From: Macrostomum lignano
Lineage: Eukaryota
Length of the DNA stretch: 44,969 bases
Reading direction: 5' to 3'
NCBI GenBank assembly: GCA_002269645.1
Contig: NIVC01004462.1
Span: 1 to 44,969, forward strand
Every line of letters starts with the position of its first letter. Within the stretch, counting starts at the first letter, position 1. Made by a program: the position numbers and the translations under genes. Below, in pieces: positions 10,601 to 22,600 of this stretch. The notes under the pieces are model-generated. The model did not search any database, was not told the DNA's origin, and was given only the letters and a program-made list of their open reading frames with translations.

Positions 10601-13600
10601 GGTGATGTAGGTGATCAGCAGGCGCCGGTCCCAGTCGTCTGTCACGTGACCGCCGTAGTTGATCTCGGCGATGAGGAACTTCAGCGCGTCCCAAGGCGTC
10701 TCGTCGTACTGGTCCAGGTAGTTGGAGAGGATCTTCAGCGACACCTCAAAGTCGGAGTCGTTGAACTCGTACAGAATGTTCCAACCGAGCATGCGGAACT
10801 TGCGCCTCTCGATGAGGATGGAGTGGAAGAAGCAGAGGGAGAACACCAGCTTTTTGAAGCGATCTGGTTTGCTGCACGAAGAGAAGTCTTCCTCTTTGAT
10901 GATGTGGTACAAGCGCTTCATGTTGGCCTTGAGTCCTTTCGGCGGCTCGGTGGTCATCTTGATGCCGGCCTGCAGGATTGCGATTGGGAAGTTCGGGTGC
11001 GGTGAGCTGCTCAGCCAGAGTCGGAAATCCGGGTGAACCTCGTGATAGTTCAGTTGCTCGATCAGCTTGTCCAGCTGCGGCATCCACGACATGGACAGGT
11101 GGCAGTTGGCCAGGAAGACCCAGTGACCTTGACTGACGCCCTCCTTGATCAGCTTGGTAGCCGTCGGGGACTGTCCCTGACCCAGGGACAAGGCCTGGAA
11201 CTTGCGCGCCATCTTGAAGGTCTCGGCCAGCTGCATCAGGCCGTTGGTCGGGTCCACGCCCGGGCTCAGCACGAAGATCAGCGGCGTCTTGCAGTTGCTC
11301 TCCTCCACAACCTGCTTGGTATCCAACACCGGCGGCTCGACAAATTTCGAGCCGAGATTGTTGACGATGAAGCTGGTCGAGCAGAATGAGACGCGGTCTT
11401 CGCGCAGAGATCGGACGATCAGCATCCGCTGGAACTCGTTGGTGGCGTTGTCCCATTCACCAGGCAGAGCGGCGTTCTCCGGCTCAGATGAGGTGTACCA
11501 GATGTGCCAGTCGCGAGGGTACTGCTCGAAACTTGTGATGATCCCGTGAAAATTGGCCAGCTTGTCCAGCTCGGAGATATTGTCCCAGCCGGTTTCGGAC
11601 AGCCAGTTCGGCACCGGGTTGTCCATCTGGTTATCCCTGTCCAACACGACGCCACCGCGAAGAAAGAAGTCATATTCGTCCATGTTCAGCTTGCCGGAGG
11701 CTTCCAAAATCTTAGCGGTCATCTGGAAGGAGAACAGCAGCTTGTGCTTCTCGAAAAGGCCGCGGCAGGTGTACCTGTACACGGCGTAAGTGTGGTGATC
11801 GTTCAAGTTGCTGATTCGCTCCTCGAGGCGCGGATTTCGCTGACTGCGGTCGATGCTGAGCTTGAAGAGATTGATGTAGGCGTCCAGCGAGAACTGGTAC
11901 ATCGGGTCGATCTTGCCCATGTCGTTCATGACGAAGAACAAAATGGAGGCACGCGTAGCGCACGGTCGGTAGCCCTCGCGAGCCGCGTCAATCTGGGCTT
12001 CGGTTTTCTCAGACACCGCCAGCTGCTCCGTGACCTCCGCCGAGGTCGACTTGGACGTCTGCAGCGTGTTCACCAACTGCTCGTCGTCCAGCAGGGAGCC
12101 CTGCGCTTCGTTCAGCAGTCGAAGGATTTCGTCCTCGAGCTCTTTGATCTTCTTCTTTCCGGCCGCGATCTTCATCACTAGACTGTCCTTCTCCTTCTCG
12201 AGCTCTTCGCGCTCCTTCTCGACCACAATGCCCAGCAGTTGAGCCTCCAAACCGTCCTCCTTGATGGCAAAGTTGGTGATGGCCGTCTTAGTGGAGATTT
12301 CCGGTGCGTAGTGCGGATTAGGAATCTTGGTCGTGATGTAGAACCGGAAGTCGAAGTTGTACTCGATCTCTTTGTCGCCGAGCTTGATGATCCAGGCCCC
12401 GCCCAGCTTCACAATGGACTTGTTCAGCACCGGGTCGAGGCTGGGGTCCAGCTTCTCCGCTACGTTCTGGAGCAGCACCGGTTTGCCATACTGCAGGGCC
12501 ACTTCCAGCTTGCGGATGTAGTCCGCCTGCTGCAGATCAATGATGATCAGCTCCTTGCCCTCCATGTTCTTGATCCACTTCTGCGCCTGGCCCTGCAGAG
12601 CGATAGTTCAGAATCAGTTTGCAAATTGCTTTTGATTCTTTCTGTACAGTCACCCTTGTTAATTTTCTTAGCGTAAAATATTTTCAAAGCAAAACTGCAT
12701 TCGCTCTGAAAGCCAGCAATCAAGTCTAAGTTATCACGTCTTCTTGAGCATTGGCTCAAAGCATTTGAGCAACCCCCAATGAGCCACAGCATTTCAGCAA
12801 TCCCCTATGAGGCTTGACGTCTCAGAAATCTCCCCATGAGCCTTGAAGGCTCAGAAATCCCCCCATGAGCCTTGACGTCTCAGCAATTCCTTCATGAGCC
12901 TCGACGTCTCAGCAATTTTCCATAAGCCTTGAGGCTCAGTATTTCAGCAACTCCCCTATGAGCCTTGAAATCAATATTGTTTGGTCTCCCAGTCTATTGC
13001 TACACTAGCGCGTGCACTCGCATCCGAGTTGTGCATGAGCTGAATTCCAGAAATCGATTTTAAACTGTTCAATTAATATTGTACAAGCTAGAAAAACTTG
13101 CAAGCTCACCTGCGGGTCAATCATGAGCGGCCACCGGGAGCCCCTGGTCACGATGACGCCATTCTCAACGGAGAAGCTGTCCGACGGCAGGCCCCAGATG
13201 TTCCAGTCGCGGATGAGGGTCGGATTGGACAGGAACTCGGTGAATTTAAAATCCGGCGAGTAGGGGATCGCCTCCGACTTGACGAACTCGATCCACTTCA
13301 GGTTCATCTCGTCTCGGTAGTTGCTGAGGAACGGACCCAGGTAGGACAAGCAAGCCGAAGCAACGAGACAGTCACCGGGCAGCAGCTCCATCTGCTTCTC
13401 CATGGTTTCCACCGACTGCTCCCAGCGAACCTTCTCGCCAGCCAGACCGTCCACCAGTTGATTGGCTCGGTCCAACATTTTCTCCGTGTGCTCCGCTTTT
13501 CTTCGCAGGTTCTCCTTCTCTTCCATCTTGCCGTTGTACTGATCCTGCAGCTCCTTCATCTTGGCCTCGACAGCTGCAAGCTTCTCCTCGGCCTCGCGCA

Positions 13601-16600
13601 GCTGAGCCTGCTTCTCCTGCAGGACCGCCTCAGCTTGCTGAAGTCGCTGCCGCTTCGGCTCCACGACCCGGTAGATCCTGCCGTACACCTCCATGGCGCG
13701 CACCCACATGCAGAGGCTCTTGGCCGCTGAAGACACTTTGCCAACCACTTCAGGCTGGAAGTCGTCCTGCGAGCAGTACTGCCCGATCTTCTTCAGCACT
13801 CGGTCGGAGATGTTGTCCTTCTTGAAGTCGACCAGCTGGCCGATGAAGTTCTGCTCTCCCAGGTGACGCTTGGCAGTCTCCCAGCTCGTGTCGGCGCCGC
13901 GCAGAATCATGACGGCCTCCATGACCTTCTGGACAAGGTAGGGCGGCTTGCCGTAGGACTTGATCTCAGTGATGTCGTTCTTGTTAAGAGCCTCCAGGGC
14001 TTTCACTGCGGCCTCCAGGGCTGGCATCGCCTCTTGAAGGTCGGCCTCGGCCAGCTCCTTCATGTTGAGACACTTGGCTTCGTCCACGGAGATTCGCTCT
14101 TTGGTCTGCGCCACCTGCTTCTGCTGGTCGTCGGCTTCGCGCTTCTGCTGCACAATGATGACAAGGAACTCCTCGCACTGACGCTGGAACTCCGCCACCT
14201 TCTTCTTGTCCTTCTCGAGCTCTTCAGACATCACTTCGACTTTCTCGCGCGTCTCGTCAATCTTGCTGAGACCGTTTTTGAGCTTCTGCGAAGAGCTGTA
14301 CAGCTCCTGCCGCTTCTCTGCCAGCAGCCTGAGGGTTGGAATTTTTGGAAAAGTCCAAACTGGCAGCTGAACTTAAAGTGTCGATGTTCAAGTAAAATGA
14401 CACTACAGTAAACTGTAGATCTTTAATTAGGTGCTGAGATGAGGGAGGGGCAGGGAGTGAGGGTGCTGGGATGAGGGACGGGCAGATAACGAAAAAGTAT
14501 ACTCACTTTTTGTAACCGGAAACCAACTCCAAATAGTTGGTTGGAGTCACATAGTTATATCGCTTCATCTCCAGCAGCATTCGTCGCGAGTACTCGGACA
14601 CAGACTTCTGCATGAAGGAGAAGGTCCTGGACAGAGCCGGCTTGATGTTTTCCTGAAAATATTTTAACGATTGAATATTGTTAAGATCCGAAACAAACAT
14701 TGAACAGAGTTGTTTTGAGTTCAATGTCAAAGCACACTTATTGATTTCTGAAGTATTTTTCATCACAACGTCCTTAACAAGGCAGTGAGAATTAGGCTTC
14801 AATCAGTAGAATAGACACTAAAAATCACCCGGGGATTCATGGAAAAATAATTTTAACAGTTTCACAACGCAGGTATAACTTGAAAGACAAAGAAATGTTG
14901 ATTAAGTTATCAAAAAAGTGAACACATGCTCTTAATTGTATTCAGTAACACTTTATCATTTGGTACGCTTTGTTAAAATACGGAAAATTCAGTTTAAATT
15001 TCTGTTAGATTCAACCGGTTAAGCGACGTGAGAACAAAACAGCTTTTTTGCATTAAGCAAAACAGACCTGCTGTTTAGAATTAACAATTTTTGCTTAATC
15101 AAAAGCAGACCCATGCAGATTATCGTTTAAAATATTCACACTTGTTTGAGCAAGCCACATTTGTTAGATTTTCAAAGCATTTTAACAAATACCAAACATT
15201 TTGGTCCACCTACAAATTGCTTGATTTCCTGAAATGGTTGGTTTTGATCAATCACAAATAAATTTTATTTGACTTATCGAATTCTAAGATAGCGTTGAAG
15301 TACCCACAAACTAACTAGTAAATTCCCTCACCTCTTCTGTGTTTCCGAACTGCAGGTCTGCCAGGTAGCGGTCCGCCACCTCCAGCAGCGCATCTGGCGG
15401 CCACTCGGAGAACCAGTCGATAGTCGTGCAGTTCACGAAGGCGGGGTACATCCGGATCCGGTTGCGGAAGGCCTCGCCAACCGGGCTCATGCACAGGATG
15501 ACGTGCAGGTTGGCTCGAGCTCGCTCGATCAGGAAGTTGAACATGTTGGCTGGGGTGTCGTCGATGCCCTCCTTCTTGGCCTCGGGCGCCAGTGCGCCGC
15601 GCATCTCCTCGATCTCGTCCGGTTTGAAGAGATTCGGCACCTCTCCAGAGCTTAGCATGTTGTTGATGTCTTCAAGGAAGCTCTCCTCCACCACTTGGGT
15701 GTCGCTAAACAGGAAAGTGGTTCGCTTGTTCTCCACGCCAGACTGGCGGTAGAGACTCTTAATGTCTGCAAGGTTTAGTGCATGGGGCAATGAGTTGTGT
15801 CACGTTTTCCGTTCTTAAATTGGCCTTTCTTTTCTTCATTCCTTACCGTCTCTGAACTCCTGCTTCCTGTAGTGCTTAGTAACCTCGATCTGGAAGGTCT
15901 TGTACTCGCAGATGAAGGCGGCCAGACGGGCAAGGCTTTGACGGCCGCTGCCGCCAATTCCGATGAGCAGCATGTTGCCACGGGGCTGACGGATGTAGCG
16001 AATGATCTTCGAGACTGAAAGGGAAAATTGAGAAGGAATCGTTTAGTTTTCTTCAAAATGTTAAATAAAATATTTAGGAAAAACTACTTGTCGTCTTTGT
16101 TACCAGGTACAACTTACTGTGCTCAATGGCGTCCCTGAACAGCACCAGATCCATGGAGACAATGCCCGGCGTCTCGTTGTACTCTTTGAGCATCTCGGCC
16201 ATGTGCTTCTTCAGCTTTTCCATATCTGTGATGTCTTCGTACACCAGGTCGACGTTGAGATAGTCGCCAAAGATTGGTGGCTGCTTGTTCGGGCAGATGT
16301 TGTGGAATGTCTGATCAAACAGTACGCCCAGCTTCTCTGACAGGAGTTCTACAAACGCGTGCTTGTCGTTATCGTCAACCAGCCTGTCGGCGAAGACGCG
16401 AAAGCATTCGTGGATCCACAGTCGAGTGATCGCCGCCCTGGTGTCGTGGAAGCTCTTGTTGGCACGCAGCATGCCCTGAAACACCTTGGAGATGTCGCGC
16501 AAGTTGAACAGATAGTGAATTTTCAACGGCGTTGGCAGGAACTTCTGGCACACTGCGTAGTAGAGATCGATCGTAGCTTGGGTGACGACCTCTCCTACCG

Positions 16601-19600
16601 GTTTGATGTCTTCTTCGAAGTCTTGCAACTTCTGGCTGATCATGCTGCCAAAAATGCGCTTCAGGTTGCTCTCGCTCGGGAAAGTCATGTTGATCTGGTT
16701 GAACTTGCTCTGCAGCCGGCGCGAGATCACAGTTCGTCCACCGCCTGGAGGTCCCATCGCGCCCAGCAGGAACATGCCCTGCACGTACTTCACTGTCTGC
16801 GCTTTCGGTCGTACCACATGCCGTAGTCGATCCACTGCTTGATGAGCTCCAGCGGCGGCTGCGAGCCGTAGGTGTCCTTGGCGGGCATGTTGAAATCGTC
16901 CATGAAGGTCAGAAGACTCTTGCCGCCCACCGGCACAAAAGTGCCCTTGGTTCGCTTCTCGACGCGACCCTCAATGATTTCCTGCACGTTATTGCTGGTA
17001 GTCTGTGCGGACATGTTGATGGTCAACAAGGACCACTTGCTAGGGTCGAGCTTCTCTACCACGCCTGTCGCAACAGAGGTCTTGCCGGTGCCAACAGGAC
17101 CCACGAGCATCACCGGATACTTCTTCTCCACAAGCTTCTGCGTCAGGTAAGAATAACGAACGGTGTCTACCGTTGGCACAACCAGTTTGTAAAAGGGCAG
17201 GTTGGGATTGTACTTCCATCCGCCTCGAAGCTGCTCCTCCCAGTGCACCCAGGACTTGTTCTTCACGTCAACATAGTACTCGTAACAGTGTCCTTGTTCG
17301 GAAAGCTGGCGTCCGCCTCGCGCAAGTAGGTGTCGATCTTCTTGCGACCGTCCTCGTCAACAGAGGCGCACACGGACCAGATCATGCAGAACTGGAACCA
17401 CAGCTCCGCCATGCGGCTGAAGTTCTCTGTATCGTTCGAGTCCAAACCGTTCTCGGGCGTGCCGAGCACGTCGAGCAGACGGGTCAGGCTGACAACGCCG
17501 TTCATTGGGGCGATCGGGATCAGCTCAGAGCAGCTGGTGCGCACCAGCTCCTGCATCTTTTCAATGTACTTCTCGAACAGGCGTCGAAGCTCCTCTACCA
17601 GCAGTTTGTCCTTCTTTTTGCGCAGCCAGGACTCGACGAACGGCTGCCAGCCGAGGTCGTTGAAGTCGTTGTACACCATGCCGCAACGGGACACTGTGGC
17701 CGGACTGGCCACCGCCAGGTCCTCGACTTCGAATAGCAGCGATACCTGTGCGATTGTGTCTTTTGTAGTAAGTTTTCTATTTCTCCTGAAGAGATCTATT
17801 TTGATATCTAGAATAAGGGTCGACAAACTCCGCCCGCGGGCCACATGCAGCCCTCGAAGTCTCTCTATCTGGCCCTCGGGTCCTTTGAAACTTCACAATG
17901 GCAATCCGGCCCGCTCAAGGTCTCAACTCTCTTACGTCCGTCCTCTCTTCCCTCTTCTATTTTCTCCCCTCGCTCACCTCTTTTTCTCTCTCTTCTCATC
18001 TCGTCTTTCATCTTTCCTCTCTTCTCTCCTCTCTTTCCTCTATTCCTTCTCCATTCCTCTCTCATCTGGCCGCAGCCATTAGCTAGGTTCTCTGTCTGGC
18101 CCTTGAGGTAAAAAAAGTTTGCCGACCCAGCTGCTCTAAGTCTCTGCCTCTGTGTGTCTTAATATCGTTCTATGCTTGTTTAATTGGTTGTAATCATTCG
18201 ACAAAAACGTACATGAAGGTATTTTATTTCTTATTACGTTTGATTAGCACACATTAATGTCCAATGTGCATAATTTCTCACCTGGGCTGGCATAGAAATT
18301 CGCTCTCCATTGATCAGCGTGAGAATCTTGTTGTCGTCCATAACGCTGTTCATCGACTCGATCCACAAGGCGTCGACAGGCCCGTCAAACAGAATCCACT
18401 TCTGATCGTCTTTCTCGTCTGGACGGGGGGCATTTTCATACAGAGGAGCATTTTAATTCTATCTTACTTGAGTAGTCAGAACTTTTCTCTATATACAGCT
18501 CATATTATATGATGTATTGTAGATTAAGAAGCACTGTGCAATTCTATAGCTATGCTTGATGGCTTTAGAGTAATAAAAAGAAAACGTAAGCAGAATGAAT
18601 GTGTAAACAAAATGCAAGAAATGTCAGGGCTCTTGAAAGTTTGTATGTAAGCCATGGTTCCTGAAGATTCGAATGTAACCCATCGCTCATGCATAACAAA
18701 AATGCGTACTAAATTTGACCTTTGAACCGTTTGTAAATGTATAGAATTCGATTAAGTTAAATAGCAAATTTCTAATAGTAAATAATAACGCGAATAGTAA
18801 ATGTTGCTTTTCGAGAGAATTATAACAAAAGAAATTGCTTTGTCTAAGTCTAAACAGTGTTAATTTTAAAATCTTACCTTCTTTGAAGCCTAAAATTCGG
18901 TTTTAGAAGAGAGATTCGAAGTGACTCAAAATTTCAAAGCAAATTTAGCCCCTGGTACGAGGTTAGGGTTTCTCAGGTGTCTCTTTATCAAACACACTGC
19001 TACAGCTCAAAATGAACTCACCTGCGCAGGTGTATCGCATAACGCTGGACAGCACACCGTCAGTCCACTCGTTGCTGGACAGATCGATCTCGCCGTACAG
19101 CTCGCCCAACGACACCGCCTTCGGGTTGATGACGTACTCCTTGGCGGGAACGTAGCCCGGTTCGCCGTCCTTGGCCAGGGCAGTCAAGGTGTCCCTTAGC
19201 AACTGCCAGGTGACCGACTTGGCCGAGAGAGTTTTGCCCACAAGCATGGTACTGTGCCGGCTGTTCTTGGTCTCAAACAGCTGGATCACCTTCTCCACGG
19301 TGAACTTCGTTCGCACCAGATTGGCCTGGTCGCACATGACCTCGACTTTGTCCTTGAACTTGGCGTAGTCCATGACAGGCGCGTCCACTCCGGGGAACAG
19401 GTCAGACACGATGCCTTTGAACAGGGGCAGATCCACTGCGGTCAGCTTGGCCAGGTTCATGTCGTTCATGGACAGCAGCAGAATCTCTTCGTCCGGCGTG
19501 CCCGGGTTCGCTCGCTTCTTCCTGCCGGCGTAGCGGAGCACGGAGACCAGGGCGCGCAGGCCGAAGTCGTAGTGGTCCTGCTTGGACAGCTTCTGCACGG

Positions 19601-22600
19601 CCAGACTGTACAGGGTGAACACCTGCGAGGGAATAGGAGGGTTTTTTCTCTTGAGTAGAGCTATGGAAATAAAGTCTAGAGCTCCTACAGTGAACTAAGA
19701 TGCAACCAACAAATTGAGGACACTTTAAATAGTCTATATTGTAAAAAACATTAATGTTAAATTCACCTGATGATACTCTATCTGTAGAATATATATTTTG
19801 ACACAGTTACACTGAGTAAACTGGGGTGTCGAACTTGAAACAGAACCTTTGATGAAGCGAATCCACTTTGGTAAATTTGTTCAACCGCATTCATTTGTCC
19901 CAAAGATTCTCTTAATCCCTCAATACGTTCGGCCCGTGTGTTCCCTGTTATCTGCAACAATAAAACGCACCTTCTTAGCCAGGATTTTCGTGTTTCCGAA
20001 CCCTTCAGCAAATAGAGTGATCTCCGCGATCATGGTGGAGTCGGGCACCACCATGGAGATCGGGCGGAACATGGACTTCAGATTGTCCGGAAGCTCTGTG
20101 CGTCCAGCGTAGCCAGGGTTCATCGTGATGAAGATGCCAACGGTTTTGCGCAGGTTGATCGACGAGCCTTCGAATAGGAACTTGCTCACTGGCGTGTTGG
20201 GGCCGGCTGTGGCCAGCGCGCTCAGAATGCTTAGGATCTGCTTGGCAACTACGGACAACACCTCGATGTTGATGCTACAATTGTTTGTGTTGGGGGGACC
20301 ATTCATAACATAATTTTTATTAGAGTCGACTGGAGCAACATACATTACACTCGTATAGAAAATGTTAGTGAAATTTTAGACCCATTTCTAAAATGGCAAC
20401 CAAAGTCAATTCTGATTTCATGGAAACGCACCGGTTGAACTCGTCAAAGCAGCCCCAGGCGCCGGTCTGGGCCAAGCCGGAGAGCATCCGACCCATCGAC
20501 TTGTAGTCGAGGCCTTCGCTGCAGTTGACCACAATGACGTACATGCCCAGAGCCTTGCCAAGATCCTTGGTTGTCTCAGTCTTTCCCGTACCAGCGGGTC
20601 CCTTCGGAGAGCCTCCTCGGTTGAGGTGCAGGGCAGTGGTCAGGGTGATGTAGCAGCGATCTGTCAGCGGCGTGATGACCAGTCGACCGCTGTTGCCAAG
20701 GTACTCATAGCCGTACTCGAACTGAGTATTTGTCTGCTTGATTACGCAATCATCCAGGTCTTTGTCCCAGAAGAAGCGCAGCTGCGCCAGCCAATCAAAC
20801 GAGTTGATGTCGCTCACGCCTGCTTTGTACAGCCTCTCGATGATGTCGCGCTGGTGAACTTCGATAATCACCTGGGCGTTCACCTTTTTCCGGTCCAGCG
20901 GATCCAAGTCCTTCCTGATCATCTCGGAGAACTTGCTCAGCATCACCACCTGCTTCTTCTTCAGCGATCTGAGCGGTTTCTTGTCGTTGCGTTCTTTTAC
21001 CAGACTGAGGGCCTTCATGACATCCTGCGTCCACTGGATCTGGCTGGAGGTGATGCACATTTGGCCTTTGTTCTCCCTGAGCCACTTGTCTCTCTTGCTC
21101 AGCATCTTCTTCAGATTGGTTCGCGTCTCCCGAAGGCAGTTTCTCAGAGTGACCCGCATCGTGTCCTCGATCTCCTTCATCCAGCTCTCCACCGGACCTT
21201 CAAGGCGAAGCGGCTTCTCAAAGTCGACGAATTCGCCGTCGTCTGCGTGCATTCGGGAGGCCTCCCAGCCCTGGACGTTGTTCTGTCGATTATTTGAAAG
21301 TTTTTGGAGTTTTATATCGCTATTCGATGATTAATAAAGATTTGTGACGTAGTGAAACTTGAAGAAAGTAAAAAACCGGTGACGAATGTCCTGACGAAGA
21401 GACACGTAAATTAGATTTTTTCCTAAAAAGCGACAACTCAAATAATAAAATCCTACAGTCCGTGAACTTAAAAAAACATTTTTGTGATATTTTTAGGAAA
21501 TTAATGCTAACCAGAACATTCCAGATGTAGGTTTCCTGTAATTTTTTGAAAATTAACAGAGTCGATAGATTGCTTAACGTAAATCAATAGATTAAGAGGG
21601 CCCAGCGTATCGTTAAATCATTCAAGGTCTGCAACTTTTAGCATCATTATCGTAGTCTCACCTTCTTAATTGTGAGTCGCACGATGTTGTCGAAGCACTT
21701 CTTGAAGTGCGGCTGGATGGCCTCTGGGTTCTTGCTCTGGCCGAGGATCTCCAGCAGGTCGTCATTGGAGATGAAGTAGAATCGCGGGAAGATCTGCCGC
21801 TTGGTTTCCAAGTACATGTCGAGCGATTTCTGGATACCTTCCAGCTTGTCGTTCATTCCGTTGAGTGTCTCCAGCACGCCAGCCTTCTTGGTGCTGCGTT
21901 TAGCGTTCTTCTCCTTGTTGATGTCAGTCATGATGACCTTCCACTGGCTGTTGATGGAATCAAAGTCGCTGGTCTCTTTCGGAAGCTGCTTGCGAATGTC
22001 CTCGCCAAGGAAGATGTTCTCCAGGTACAGCCACTGTCGCTGCACTACCTGCAGTGTTTCCAGCGTCTCCAAAATATGCGACAGGTCGCGCTCCCACTGG
22101 TCCACTTGGTGCTCGAATGGCTTCACAAACCTGGACGCTTTCATTGTTGACAGTTGCACCTGGTTGTCCTCCAGCGTCTGGTAAATCTCTTCAGTCGATC
22201 TGACCTTGAAGTGACCCTTGTCTTTGTGTGGCACAATGTCCAGATCAACTCGCTCCCAAGTCTTCTCCAAGTCGATGATGCGATTCTCAATCTCAAGCTC
22301 CTTGCGCGCTGCCGTGGAGATCTCGTTGACCAGCTCGGCGTGGGCATCGAAGCCCAGCTCGATGATCTTCTCCAGGGTGAAGTCTTCAGCGTCTTCGTCG
22401 AATGGTTTGTTCATCTCCTCCTGTAGAAATTCAATAAATTGCGCAAATTGTCAGCTGCTGAATTTGCATTGAGTAACTAAAAGATAGGATGCGTATTGGT
22501 AAAAGCAATCGCTCACCTTGATCGTAGCCCAGTGACGCGCTCTCATCGCGTCGTTTCTCAGGTCGGTGATGAGCGGCATCGTCTTCCTGAACTGGTCGAC

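Noticed and set aside
16790-17290. Programmed ribosomal frameshifting in DNAH2
   Set aside because: No slippery heptamer or stimulatory structure was seen, the same 1-bp deletion pattern recurs in an unrelated gene, and assembly error is simpler.
20391-20400. ATGGCAAC half X-box (also at ~35925 and ~31907, and GTTACCATGG at ~44823)
   Set aside because: Half-sites only, located in introns or TEs, and expected by chance.
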